64,000 nucleotides of DNA from an uncultured Actinomycetota bacterium (GTDB lineage: Bacteria; Actinomycetota; Actinomycetes; Propionibacteriales; Propionibacteriaceae): NCBI GenBank assembly GCA_963759915.1, contig CAVXBJ010000037.1, forward strand, positions 828 to 64,827, read 5' to 3'. Of the stretch, positions 45,341 through 59,700 are shown one piece after another. How positions within the stretch are numbered: position 1 is the stretch's first letter; every line of letters starts with the position of its first letter. A program made the translations under genes and the position numbers. A model generated the notes under the pieces. The model searched no databases. It worked only from the letters and a program-made list of their open reading frames with translations, and was not told the origin of the DNA.

Positions 45341-45397
45341 GAGTGGGAGGAAATGGTGGGCTTCGCGTGACCTGAAGCCCCCGGGGAGTTCCCACTC
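45341..45397. repeat. REP-like nested hairpin
   Basis: GAGTGGGA...GGGCTTC-gcgtgacct-GAAGCCC...TCCCACTC. Confidence 0.55.
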
Positions 45398-45496
45398 AGA
45401 CCTTCGTGCAGATCCAACGCCCTCGGGATGGAGCCGCGACCGACTTCAGGTTGTGCCGCGTCGTCAAGGTCCGGAACGGATGGGTAGGTTGGCCGC

Positions 45497-46150
45497 ATGC
45501 GCCTCACACACCTCGGCCACTCAGCCGTGCTCGTCGAGACCGGCGATGCGCGGGTGCTGATCGACCCGGGCAACTTCTCCGACGGCTGGCACGGGCTCAC
45601 CGACCTCGACGCGATCCTGATCACCCACTCCCATCCCGACCACGCCGATCCCGAGCACCTGCCCGGGCTGGTGCGGGCCAACCCGCAGGCCAAGGTGTAC
45701 GTCGAGCCGTCCATCGTGCTGGCCGAGGAGGCGGGCAAGTTCCCCGAGGTGCGCGCCGATGCGCTGGCCGCGGGTGAGCAGGTGGTGGTCGGTGACCTGC
45801 TGGTCACCGCGGTCGGCGGGCAGCACGCGGTCATCCACCGCGACATCCCGCTGCTCGGGAACGTCGGGTTCGTGCTGCGCTCCGAGGGACAGCCCACGCT
45901 GTTCCATCCGGGCGACGCGCTGACCGCCGTGCCCGGCGGGGTCGACATCCTGGCCGTGCCGATGATGGGTCCCTGGGCGGCCATGAAGGAGACCATCGAC
46001 TTCGTCCGCGAGGTGGGGGCGCTCGAGGGTTTCCCGATCCACGACGAGCTGTTGAACGATCGCGGCCGGGGCCTGATCTACGGACGCGTGGTCGACATGA
46101 CCGGCACCCGGATGACCGACCTGCGCGGCGGGACGACCCATGAGTTCTGA
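45497..46150 (+). CDS. MBL-fold metallo-hydrolase
   Basis: HLGHSAV, IDPG, THSHPDH, FHPGD, PIHD. Confidence 0.9.
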   Translation: MRLTHLGHSAVLVETGDARVLIDPGNFSDGWHGLTDLDAILITHSHPDHADPEHLPGLVRANPQAKVYVEPSIVLAEEAGKFPEVRADALAAGEQVVVGDLLVTAVGGQHAVIHRDIPLLGNVGFVLRSEGQPTLFHPGDALTAVPGGVDILAVPMMGPWAAMKETIDFVREVGALEGFPIHDELLNDRGRGLIYGRVVDMTGTRMTDLRGGTTHEF

Positions 46151-46200
46151 GTCAGCGGGGACGACCCGCCCCGGCGGCGCCGGCCGACGGCGCCCGCAGG

Positions 46201-46842
46201 GTGGTCTTCGCCGGCGGGCACGGTCAGATCGCCCTGCTGGCGCAGCGTCGCCTCGCCGCCGAGGGGCACCGACCGGTTGGGCTGATCCGCACGCCAGAGC
46301 ACGCCGACGACCTGCGCGCCGTCGGCGCCGAGCCGGTGATCTTCGATCTGGAGAGTCAGACCGCCGCGGAGCTGGCCGAGGTGATCACCGGGGCCGACGC
46401 TCTCGTGTTCGCCGCCGGGGCTGGGCCGAACAGCGGACCGGCCCGGAAGATGACGGTGGACCGGGACGGCGCGATCCTGCTGGCCGATGCCGCCGAGCTC
46501 GCCGGCATCCGCCGCTACGTGGTGATCTCCGCCCTGGCCGCCGACGACTTCGTGGTCGGTTCGGAGGAGGTCTTCCAGATCTACCTGCGAGCCAAGGCCG
46601 AGGCCGACGAGATCGTCCGCTCCCGAGACCTGGACTGGACGATCGTGCGACCCGGTGGACTCACCGACGCCGCGGCCACCGGACTGGTCCAGGTCGCCGA
46701 GAGCACCGGCCGTGGTCAGATCCCGCGCGACGACGTCGCCGAGATCGTCACGCGCCTGGTCGTCGACGGCACCGGCGTGCGCCGGCAGTTCGAGGTGATC
46801 AGCGGGAACAGCCCCATTCCGGCGGCACTGTCCGGCCTCTGA
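46201..46842 (+). CDS. NAD(P)-binding atypical SDR oxidoreductase (start may lie slightly upstream)
   Basis: AGGHGQIA, FAAGAG, YLRAKAEAD, WTIVRPGGL, IPRDDVA. Confidence 0.88.
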   Translation: MVFAGGHGQIALLAQRRLAAEGHRPVGLIRTPEHADDLRAVGAEPVIFDLESQTAAELAEVITGADALVFAAGAGPNSGPARKMTVDRDGAILLADAAELAGIRRYVVISALAADDFVVGSEEVFQIYLRAKAEADEIVRSRDLDWTIVRPGGLTDAAATGLVQVAESTGRGQIPRDDVAEIVTRLVVDGTGVRRQFEVISGNSPIPAALSGL

Positions 46843-46864
46843 GCCACGGCCACCCGAGTCCTGG

Positions 46865-47764
46865 TCAGCCGCCGCGGTCGCCCGAGCGGCCGCGGCGGCT
46901 GACGCGCGGGCGGCGGGCAGGTGCGAGCTCCACCAGGTACATGGCCGCCAGGATCGCGCCGCCGCCGATGAGCATCCGGCCGGTCAGGCTCTCGCCCCCG
47001 AAGACCACCGCGAAGGCGGCCGCCCACACCGGTTCCATCGCCATGATCACCGCGGCGCGGGAGGCCTCCACCCGGGCCTGGGCCCAGGTCTGCAACAGCA
47101 TGGTGAGGGCTCCGGCGATCAGCGCGAGATAGATCACGATCGCCCAGTCCGCCCCCGAGCCGGGTAGCTGGATGCCGCCCGGGGCGGCGGCGAGGCCGCA
47201 GACGACCGCGATGGTCGCCATCTGCACCACGCTGAGCTGCAGGGCGGTGCCCGGTTCGCTCATCCGACCCAGGGCGACGATGTGCAACGCGTAGACGACC
47301 GCGGACGCCACCGTGAGCAGCTCCCCGTACCCGATCGCGAAGCCCTGCAGGGACAGCACCCCCAGCCCCACCGTGGCGAGCACGGACGCCGCCCAGACCG
47401 CGGGCGGGATCCGGGTGCGCAGGATGACCGCCGAGAGCAGCGGGGTGAGCACCACGTACAGCCCGGTCAGGAACCCGGACACGCTGGCCGCGGTGTGGGC
47501 CAGACCGAAGGTCTGGAGGAGCTGGGCGATGCCGTACAGCAGCCCGAGCAGCAGACCCCGACGCAGGGTGAGCCGCGACATCCGCAGCCGGGGACCGGCG
47601 ACGACGGCCAGGGCCAGGGCGGCGATGGCGAACCGGACCGTCAGCAGGTCCGGGACCGGCAGCCGGGTGACCACGTCCTTGATCATGAAGAACGTCGAGC
47701 CCCAGGCGGCGGTCATCGCCAGCAGGGCCAGCAGGGGACCGAGCTCACCCCGGCGGACAGCCAC
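46865..47764 (-). CDS. DMT/EamA family transporter
   Basis: WGSTF, RF.IA, QTFGL, two EamA repeats, EPVWAA. Confidence 0.9.
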   Translation of the reverse strand: MAVRRGELGPLLALLAMTAAWGSTFFMIKDVVTRLPVPDLLTVRFAIAALALAVVAGPRLRMSRLTLRRGLLLGLLYGIAQLLQTFGLAHTAASVSGFLTGLYVVLTPLLSAVILRTRIPPAVWAASVLATVGLGVLSLQGFAIGYGELLTVASAVVYALHIVALGRMSEPGTALQLSVVQMATIAVVCGLAAAPGGIQLPGSGADWAIVIYLALIAGALTMLLQTWAQARVEASRAAVIMAMEPVWAAAFAVVFGGESLTGRMLIGGGAILAAMYLVELAPARRPRVSRRGRSGDRGG

Positions 47765-47781
47765 GTGCGACGAGCTGCCGG

Positions 47782-50974
<3,193 letters not shown>

Positions 50975-50975
<1 letters not shown>

Positions 50976-52143
50976 CAGCGGGATCCCGTCCGGACCGACC
51001 CGGCGAGCGTCTCGAAACGCTCCGGGACCGAACGGCGCCGCCACGTCCAGCATCCGGTCGTGCACCACCAGCTCGGCCACCACGTCGGCGGTGATCGGGG
51101 TCAGCAGCACGCCGTTGCGGTAGTGACCGGTGGCCAGCACCAACCCGTCGAGGCCCCCCGGCCCAGGATCGGGGCGTTGTCCGGGGTGCCCGGCCGGTAG
51201 CCGACGGAGGTCTCCGCGAGCACGTACTCCGCACTCATCGGGATGGCCAGCCGGGCGTCGCGCAGCAGCTCGTAGACGCCGCCCGCGGTCACCCGGCGGT
51301 CGAAGCCGAGCTCCTCCGTCGTCGCGCCGACGACGATCTCGCGGCCACCGTCGCGCGGCACGAGATAGATCTCGGTGCCCCGGGTGAAGGCTCGTACGAC
51401 GACGCCGGGCTGCGGGAAGCGACCGGGGTCCAGGCGCAGGATCTGACCCTTGACCGGGCGGACGGGAACGGGGGGATGCCGGTGACCTGAGCGGCCCAGG
51501 CACCGTTGGCCAGCACCACGGTGGGGGCGGTGATCGTCGAACCGTCCGCCAGCACCACCCCGGTGACCCGGTCGGCGGCGCTGGAGACGTGGTGCACGAA
51601 GCCGGTGACCGTCGCGGACCCCGGCGCGCTCGCCGGCCGCCGCCAGGGCGGCCAGCAGCTGCCGGTTGTCGCAGCTCGCGTCGCCCGGCACCAGCAGGCC
51701 GCCGCGGATGGTCGGGGCGAGCAGGGGCTCGACCTTGCGGGCCTCGCGACTGGTCAGCCGGGCGGACTCCAGTCCGAGGCGGCCCAGGTAGTCGGCCAGC
51801 GTCGCCATCCGGGCGGCGTCGTCGGCGTTGTAGGCGACCGACAGCGTGGGCCGGCCCGGAACCCGCTGGGCAGCCCGCTGGCCTCTTCGACCTCGGCGGC
51901 GAAGGACGGGTAGCGCTGCATCGAGGCCAGGTTGAGGCCGAGCAGCAGCTCCTCGGTGAAGTGGTCTCGGTGACCGGGGCGAGCATCCCCGCCGCCACCG
52001 TCGACGCTGCGGCCGCGGTCTCGCCGACGACCACGACCACGTCCAGACCTCCGGCGGCCAGCCGCCAGGCCGACGAGCGGCCCATCAGCCCGCCGCCGAC
52101 CACGACCACGTCGGCGGTCGGGGGTGAGTGCGGCGGTGGTCAT
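50975..52143 (-). CDS. thiO: glycine oxidase (frameshifted)
   Basis: VVVGGGLMG, AAGMLAP, VRPVKGQIL, YLVPR, RPGTPDN, GHYRNGVLL. Confidence 0.92.
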
Positions 52144-52217
52144 GTCCGTCAGTCTAGGAACTCCGGGCCGCCGATCCGGAGATCGGTAGGGTCGCGGACA
52201 TGATGCGTGTGAGGGAC

Positions 52218-52955
52218 ATGACGGTGCTGATGGGACTGCAGGCGCGACTGCGGCTGGCCCGGCTCTACCTGTGTACGGACGCGCGCACCGAGCGCGGCGA
52301 TCTGGGCGGAGTTCTGCGAGGCCGTGTTCGCCGGCGGGGTGGACATCCTGCAGATCCGGCAGAAGGAGATGGACGCCCGACGAGGAGCTCGAGGCGCTGC
52401 AGGTGGCTCGGCGGGCGGCGGAGCGGCACCGGGCCATCGTCTGCGTGAACGACTCGCCGGCGCTGGCCGAGCGCTTCTCGGCCGACGTGCTGCACCTCGG
52501 GCAGACCGACGGATCGTCCCGCCGGGCGCGCCGGCAGCTGCACCGCTGGGCGCTGATCGGTCGCTCCACGCACGCCCCGAAACAGACCGACCGGGCGATC
52601 GCCGACTCCGACGCCGACTACTTCTGCGTGGGGCCGGTGTACGCGACGTCGACCAAGCCGGACTACGAGCCGGTGGGTCTGGACCTGGTGCGATACGCCG
52701 CCGAGGTCGCGCCGCCGCAGCGACCTCGCCGCCAAGCCGTGGTTCGCGATCGGCGGCATCGATCTGGACAACCTCGACGAGGTGCTGGACGCCGGTGCTC
52801 GGCGGGTCTGCGTGGTCCGGGCCCTCACCCTGGCCGACGACCCCGAGGCCGCGGCGCGCGAGCTGAGCTCGCGCCTGCGGCAGGCCTGGCGGGCCGATCC
52901 CGCGATGGAGCAGTACTCCCTGGGTGCCGCCGGCTACACCGGTCCGCCGCGGTGA
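52218..52955 (+). CDS. thiE: thiamine-phosphate synthase (frameshifted)
   Basis: [45 protein letters not shown]. Confidence 0.92.
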
Positions 52956-52971
52956 GTCCTCGGGCGCGAGC

Positions 52972-53468
52972 GTGAACCGTACGGTCACGAGGATCGGCGG
53001 GGTCATCACCGCTGTCGCGATCGTGATCCTGCTGGCGTACGTCGCTCTGCAGCCGGGCGGCGCGCCGCCGACCGCCGCGCCGCGATCCACCCCGACGGCG
53101 ACGGCGAGGGCGACGACGGCAGGGAGCACGCGAGCACGAGCCGGGCCACGACGGCACCGTCCGAGCGATCTGCCCAGTAGCACCGACGGGCTGCGCCGGG
53201 TCCGGCTGGCCGACCTGCCCCTCCAGGCCCGGCAGACGGTGGCCCTGATCGACGCGGGCGGGCCGTTCCCGTACGCCAAGGACGGCGCGACCTTCAACAA
53301 CTTCGAGGGCGTGCTGCCGAAGAAGCCCCGCGGCTACTACCGGGAGTACACGGTGAAGACACCGGGGAGCGGGACCGCGGCGCCCGTCGGATCGTCACCG
53401 GCGACCGGGACCGCGAGCTGTTCTACACCGCCGACCACTACGAGACCTTCGCCCGGGTGCAGCGATGA
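52972..53468 (+). CDS. secreted guanyl-specific ribonuclease (RNase Sa / barnase family), frameshift near the end
   Basis: N-terminal TM/signal; LP.QA..T..LI.AGGPFPY.KDG.TFNNFEGVLP, YYREYTVKTPG, RRIVTG, FYTADHYETF. Confidence 0.9.
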
Positions 53469-53845
53469 CGGAGCCGGGTCGAGGCCCCGGAGCGGCCGGA
53501 CTGGCAGTCGGGGACGGGGCGGGATCTACCGCATCCTGGCCCCGCTGGCGGAGCCGTCGCGACGCAGCTGGCCGCCGACGGCTGGCGGGTGGCGGCGCTG
53601 GCCGAGGTCGACGCGGACCCGGGACTTCTACGCGGCGATCGCTCGGGGCTGGACCTGCCGGACTGGACGGGGGCCAACCTCGACGCGCTGTGGGACGTGT
53701 TGACCGACCTGACCGAGCCGACCGCCCTGGTCTGGCGGGGTACGCGACGTTCGCGGTGGCCCGACCCGGGCCCTGGCAGCGGATCCTGGCCGTGCTGGAG
53801 GAACGAGCGGGTCAGGACCCGCCGTTCGCCGTGGTGCTCACCTGA
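53465..53845 (+). CDS. barstar family RNase inhibitor (frameshifted)
   Basis: FY.AI...LDLPDWTGANLDALWDVLTDL signature; ATGA overlap with the RNase. Confidence 0.85.
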   Translation: MTEPGRGPGAAGLAVGDGAGSTASWPRWRSRRDAAGRRRLAGGGAGRGRRGPGTSTRRSLGAGPAGLDGGQPRRAVGRVDRPDRADRPGLAGYATFAVARPGPWQRILAVLEERAGQDPPFAVVLT

Positions 53846-53850
53846 CCCGG

Positions 53851-54982
53851 TCAGGTGCTGCGGTGCACCGCCGCCGAGGCGAGCGCCGTCAGTCCCTCCC
53901 GGCCGGCGGCGCTGATCGACGGTCCGGCGAGCGCCGCGATGGCCTCGTCGTAGTAGGTGGCGATCATGGTCTCCACCGCCTCGTGCGCGCCGCAGTCGAC
54001 GATGACCCGCTGCAGCGCGGACACCCCGTCCGCGTCCAGCTCCGGGTCGCCCAGACGCTCGGTGAGCAGGGTGCGGCCGGCGTCGTCGGTGTGGGCCATC
54101 GTGTACGCGATCAGCACCGTGCGCTTGCCCTCGCGCAGGTCGTCGCCGACCGGCTTGCCGGTCAGCTCCGGGTCACCGAAGACCCCGAGCAGGTCGTCGC
54201 GGAACTGGAACGCCCGACCCAACGGCGACCCGTACGCCGCCAGCGCGTCCACCAGGTCCGGGGAGCCGCCCCCGATGATCGCCCCCAGCTGGGCCGGCCG
54301 GTAGACGGTGTACCGGGCCGACTTGTACTCCACCACCCGGTTGGCCGCGGCCAGCGCGTGGTCGAGGTCGGAGCCGAGCGGGCGGGACTGGGCGGCGACG
54401 TCCAGGTACTGCCCGCAGGTCACCTCGGTCCGCATGGCCTGCGCGATCGGTCGAGCGCACCGGGGAGGGACGCGGTCGGCAGCCCGGCCTGCTCCAGCAT
54501 CTCCACCGACCACATCACCAGCAGGTCGCCGAGCAGGATCGCCCCGGCCCGGCCGAAGGTCTCGTGATCGCCGAGCCGGCCGTCGGCCAGATGCAGAGCT
54601 CTCGAACTGCCGGTGCGCGGACGGGTCGCCGCGGCGGGTGTCGGAGCCGTCCATCACGTCGTCGTGCACCAGCGCGCTGGCGTGCAACAGCTCGAGGCTG
54701 GCGGCGGCAGCGAGCACGGCGTCGAACCCGGCTCTCCTCGGGCTCCAGCCCGGCCGCGGCCACGTACCCCCAGACGCAGAACGCCGGACGCAGTCGCTTG
54801 CCTCCGGCGAGCAGCCGGGACGTGAGGTCGAGCAGCGGACCGATCTCGGGCTGCAGGTCACCCAGCCGGCCGACTTGTCGCGCCAGGAAGTCGGTGATCC
54901 GATCGTCGATCGCGGCCCGGAACGGCGCACCGAGGGGTCGGCGAGGATCCAGGAGCAGCGAGACAGCGGGGGCGTCGACCAC
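53851..54982 (-). CDS. polyprenyl synthetase (GGPP synthase, IdsA/CrtE-like), frameshifted
   Basis: GGKRLRP, ALVHDDVMDGSDTRRG, GQYLD, YKSA, AFQFRDDLL, DDLREGK. Confidence 0.92.
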
Positions 54983-55032
54983 ATGGTGAGCCTACGGAGG
55001 TCGGGCCCGGGGCCGTCGTTAGGGTGGCGCGC

Positions 55033-55956
55033 ATGGTCGGTCGGCTCTCGTACGCGTCACGCCCGGCGACCATCACCGAGCTGCTCGACGCCGGTGATCG
55101 GCCGCTGGTGTCCTTCGAGCTGTTCCCGCCCAAGGACGACGATCAGGGCCGGGTGCTGTGGGACACCGTGCGGCGCGCTGGAGGCCCTGGGACCCGACTT
55201 CGTGTCGGTGACGTACGGCGCCAGCGGCTCCACCCGGGACCGCACCATCGACGTGACCCGGGCCATCGCCGAGAACACCACCCTGCGGACGATGGCCCAC
55301 CTGACCTGCGCCAGCCAGTCGCGGGACCGGCTGCGACGGGTCGTGGGGTCGTACGCCGACGCCGGCATCCGGCACATCCTGACCATCCGCGGCGACATGC
55401 CCGGGGGACCGACGCAGCCCTGGGTGCGGCACCCCGAGGGACTGGCGAACGCGACCGAGCTGGTCGAGCTGGTCAGCGACCTCGGCGACTTCTGCATCGG
55501 GGTCGCCGCCTTCCCCGACCTGCATCCCGAGCGTCAGGACGCCGAGCTGGACGCCCGGATCCTGGTCGAGAAGCAGCGGGCGGGCGCGGGGTTCGCGATC
55601 AGCCAGCTGTTCTTCACCGCGGAGCGCTACTTCGAGCTGGTGGACCGGGTCCGCTCGCTCGGCTCGGACCTGCCGATCATCCCGGGCATCATGCCGGTCA
55701 CCCGGCTGAACCAGATCCAGCGGTTCGCCGAGCTGTCCGGGGCGGACCTGCCCCGCTTCGTGGTGGACCGGTTGAACGCGGCCGGCGACGATCCGGCCGC
55801 CGTCCGTCGGGTCGGCGTGGAGCTGGCCACCGAGCTCAGCCGGCAGCTGCTGGAGGGCGGGGCGCCCGGTCTGCACTTCATCACCATGAACCGCTCCACC
55901 GCGACCCTGGAGATCCTGGCCGGCGTGGAGTCCCTCGCCCGCGTGCGCTCGCGTGA
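55033..55956 (+). CDS. metF: 5,10-methylenetetrahydrofolate reductase (frameshifted; end approximate)
   Basis: SFELFPPK, FVSVTYGA, AHLTC, RGD, QLFF, IPGIMP, GLHFITMN. Confidence 0.92.
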   Translation: MVGRLSYASRPATITELLDAGDRPLVSFELFPPKDDDQGRVLWDTVRRAGGPGTRLRVGDVRRQRLHPGPHHRRDPGHRREHHPADDGPPDLRQPVAGPAATGRGVVRRRRHPAHPDHPRRHARGTDAALGAAPRGTGERDRAGRAGQRPRRLLHRGRRLPRPASRASGRRAGRPDPGREAAGGRGVRDQPAVLHRGALLRAGGPGPLARLGPADHPGHHAGHPAEPDPAVRRAVRGGPAPLRGGPVERGRRRSGRRPSGRRGAGHRAQPAAAGGRGARSALHHHEPLHRDPGDPGRRGVPRPRALA

Positions 55957-55982
55957 CGCTCTGTCCTTCGGCGGAGCCGTCG

Positions 55983-58144
55983 TCAGCTCAGGTGCTTGCG
56001 CCAGGCCGGATCCGGTCCGAGGTCGAGCGTCATCAGCCGCTGGGTGGGCCGGGTCAACGCCACGTAGAGCGATCGCAGACCACCGGCCGACTCGGCCACG
56101 ATCGTGTCCGGATCGACGACCAGCACCCCGTCGTACTCCAGCCCCTTCGCCTGCAGGGCCGTCACCACCAGCACCCGCTCGTCCCGACCGCCGGCGGCCT
56201 CGTCCAGCGCCCGGTTCACCTCGGCCACCAGCGACGGCGGCGCGACGACACCGACGGTGCCCTCGACGGCGGCGAGCAGGGCCTGCGCGGCGTCGCGTAC
56301 GCCGGTGCCGAGCTCGTCGGCCGTCCGCAGCTCGGGATCCACGCCGGTGGAGCGGACCGCCTGCGGCAGATCGGCCTCCGGGTACGCGTGCACCACGACC
56401 TTCGCGGCGAGATCGAACACCTCGGCCGGGGACCGGTAGTTGGTGCTCATCCGGAACCGTCGCAGCGGCGCGCTCCCGGTCAGCTCGGTCAGCGCCCGCT
56501 CGGTCTCGCGCTGATCGGGCCAGGAGCTCTGCGCCGGGTCGCCGACGATGGTCCAGCTCGCGCTCGGCCCGCGGCGCCGGAGCATCCGCCAGCCCATCGG
56601 GGTGATGTCCTGCGCCTCGTCGACCAGGATGTGGGCGAACGTGTCGTGCGGGGTGGCGAACGGATCGACCTCCCGCTGCGGGGCCAGTCGCTCCATCGTG
56701 GTGACCAGCTCGGTCACCTCGGAGTCGTCCTCGAGGAACAGCGAGACCTCGCGCTCCTCGGGCTCGGGCAGCGGCCCGAGCCGGTGGACGAGCTCGTCCA
56801 GCAGCGCCGCGTCGGCGATGGTCCAGTCGCGGCTGCCCTCGCGATCGCGGTAGGACGCGCTCAGCAGCTCGGCGTCGTCGGCGCTGAGGATGCCGGCGGT
56901 CAGCCGCGCGGTCAGGCTCGGCGAGGCGAGGCGGGCCAGGGCGTCGGTCGCGCTCACCCGCGGCCACCAGGCGTTGGTGAACACCGCGAAAGCCGCGCTG
57001 TCGGTGACCCGTTCGTCGAAGTCGTCCCGCTCGAGGTCGATGTCCCCGCGTTTGCGCCACAGCGCGTTCAGCAGGGCCCGCTCGGCGGGCTCCCGGCCGG
57101 CGTTCAGCTTGGTGTGGGCCAGCACGTCGGCCCGGATCCGGGACGAGCTCGTCGGCGCCCAGCCGGAGCACGTCACCCTGCATGGTCACGAACAGCTCCA
57201 GCGGCACGTCCTGCCAGGGCTCGTTCACCAGCCGCTTCAGCACGGCGACCATCCGCAGGCTGCCCTTGATGGTCGCGACCGCCGCGTCGTCCGCGCGCTC
57301 ACCGCGGAGCTCGACCACGTCGGCGGCGACCGCACCGATCGAGCGCAGCGTCACGGCGTCCTCGCCGAGCGAGGGGAGCACCCGCTCGATGTAGGTCATG
57401 AAGACCTGGCTGGGACCGACCACCAGCACCCCACCGTTCTCGAACCGGCGGCGGTGCGAGTACAGCAGGAAGGCCGCCCGGTGCAGGGCGACGACCGTCT
57501 TGCCCGTGCCGGGACCGCCGGAGATCATCGTGAAGCCCTGCCACGGCGCCCGGATCGCCTCGTCCTGCTCGGACTGGATGGTGGCGACGATGTCGCGCAT
57601 CTGCGGTCCGCGAGCCCGGCTGAGCGCCGCCATCAGCGCGCCCTCGCCGACCACCACGAGGTCCGCGTCGGCACCCTCGCCCAGCAGGTCGTCCTCGATG
57701 CCGATCACCCGGTCGCCCGAGCAGCGCAGCACCCGACGACGGACGACCTCCATCGGGATTGACCGGGGTCGCCCGGTAGAACGGTTCGGCCGCCGGCGCC
57801 CGCCAGTCGATCACCAGGGGCTCGTAGTCGACGTCGCGGACCCCGATCCGGCCGACGTAGCGGATCTCGCCGTCGGTGCGGTCCAGCCGACCGAACACCA
57901 GACCCTCGTGCTCGGCGTCCAGCACCGCCAGGCGCTTGGCGGCCTGGAACGCGAACACGTCGCGCTCGTACAGGCCGGTGCCGTCCTCTTCGCGGACGAA
58001 GCTGCCGCGGTCCGACTTGTAGAGGTTCGCCCCCTCGGAGGCCACCTGCTGGGCGGAGCGCGTCGCCTCCCCGAGACGGGCGTAGACGAGATCCACGTGC
58101 GCCTGCTCGACGGCCAGCTCGTGCTCCAGCGTCGCTTGCTTCAA
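55983..58144 (-). CDS. HelD-family SF1 helicase-like RNA polymerase recycling factor (frameshifted)
   Basis: LVFGRLD, IDWRAPAAEPFY, MRDIVATIQSEQD, GGPGTGKTVVALHRAA, VDEAQD, VGDPAQ, NYRS, KGLEYD, LYVALTR. Confidence 0.9.
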
Positions 58145-58226
58145 GAAGAACCTGGCCTTAGCTGCGTGACTGCCGAAAACGGACGACTCACTCTACTCGC
58201 GCGCCGGAGGGTCGGTCGAGCGAGTG

Positions 58227-59563
58227 TCAGCCGATCAGCTCGTGCACCGCGTACGAGGCCAGCGCCCCCGACAGCACGGTGGCCGCCGGGCTGTTGCCGG
58301 CCGGGGACCAGGGACCGGCGAGCAGCAGGCGGTCGAGGCCGCTGCGGATCGGGGGACGGTCGAGCCAGCTCTCGAAACCGCGCCAGGCCGCACCGGCCCC
58401 GGGATCGGGGTGCCGCGTCTGCCAGTCGTGGACGCTGTGCAGCGTGCCGGCGGTGACCGGTCGTCGGTACGTGACGGTCGGCACCCCGGCGGCGTCCAGG
58501 GCGATGGTCTCCTCGACCCGACCGCTGGCCCAGTCGGCGGCGGGCGGCAGCAGATCGTGGCTCACGGTCGGGGCCTGCGCCGGGACCAGGTGGCGCAGCC
58601 GCTTCCGCAGGGCGCGCGACCGGAAGCGGGGCAGCCCGGCGGCCGGCAGCTGCCACGGATCGGCGGTCCAGACCACCGCGGCGGCGGCCAGTCGTTCGTG
58701 GGTGGTGACCACCCCGCGGGTCCGACCCTGGTCCAGGTCGAGCTGGTCGACCCGCTCGTTGAGCCGGATGTCGACGCGTCGCAGCCTGGCCCGCTCGATC
58801 AGGGAGTCGATCAGCGTCGAGGTCCGTCCGGTCCGGTCCCGGTGGTCGTCGACGCAGTCCGACTGCAGCGTCCAGCGCCCGAAGCGGCGCTCGATGGACT
58901 GCGACACCGCGCACCAGGCCGGGGTGGTCTCGGGTTCGCCACCTTGGCGGTAGGCGCCGGCGCGCAGCACCGCCGCCAGGTGCGGATGATCGATCTCGTC
59001 GGCCAGCTCGGCGATCGTCCGCTCCTGCCGGATCCGGCGCCGGACGGGTCCGGTCAGCTCGGCCCGGCCGGTCAGCTCGGCCTCCCAGCCGAGCTTGCGG
59101 ACGGTCTGCCAGACGTCGTCGAGCTCGTCGACGAGGGTGCGCCACCGGTCGGCGGTCGCGGTGCCGTAGCGCTCCTCGTGCACGGTGAACAGCTCACCCC
59201 GGTCGGTCGGCCAGCGCAGCTCGCTGCCGTCGGCGAACACGTACGTGGCGGGCTCGGCGGCCGACAACGCGGCGGCCGAGCGGTCGAACTCCTCGGCCAG
59301 GGTGCGGCCGCTCTTGCGGTACAGGTCGCGCCACGGCGCCGGGAACTCCAGCACGGGCGGAGCGTCGTCGAGCACCACGGTGCCGTCCGGCGAACATCCT
59401 CGGTCCGGGACGCCCAGCGGCCACCGAGCCGATCCGTGGCCTCGTACAGCCGGACGGGATGGCGGGCCTTGGCCAGGCGGACGGCCGCCGCCAGCCCCGC
59501 CAGACCACCGCCCACCACGACGACGGGTGGACCGTCCGCCGTCCCTCTCGCCCGCGCCACCAT
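58227..59563 (-). CDS. FAD-dependent oxidoreductase, phytoene desaturase family (frameshift ~59400)
   Basis: VVGGGLAGLAAAVRLAKA..YEA.DRLGG, FPAPWRDLYRKSGR, IERRFGRW, LSGALA. Confidence 0.8.
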
Positions 59564-59700
59564 CACAGTCGGCCAGCGTAACGTCGCTCGCGAGCGTGCT
59601 CGCCTCCGACCTGATGAGCGGCGCGACGGCGCACCGCGGGATCCACGTCCGCGCCGCACGCCTCGGGACAGCGCCGAAGCGGGGCCGTTACGCTGCGGCG

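Noticed and set aside
58145-58226. Rifamycin-associated element, which would make the helicase HelR
   Set aside because: No RAE-like inverted repeat is visible upstream, so it is treated as a generic HelD-family protein
53851-59563. Carotenoid biosynthetic cluster (polyprenyl synthase plus phytoene-desaturase-like gene)
   Set aside because: No phytoene synthase or cyclase in the window; these genes are part of the usual actinobacterial idsA/metF neighbourhood
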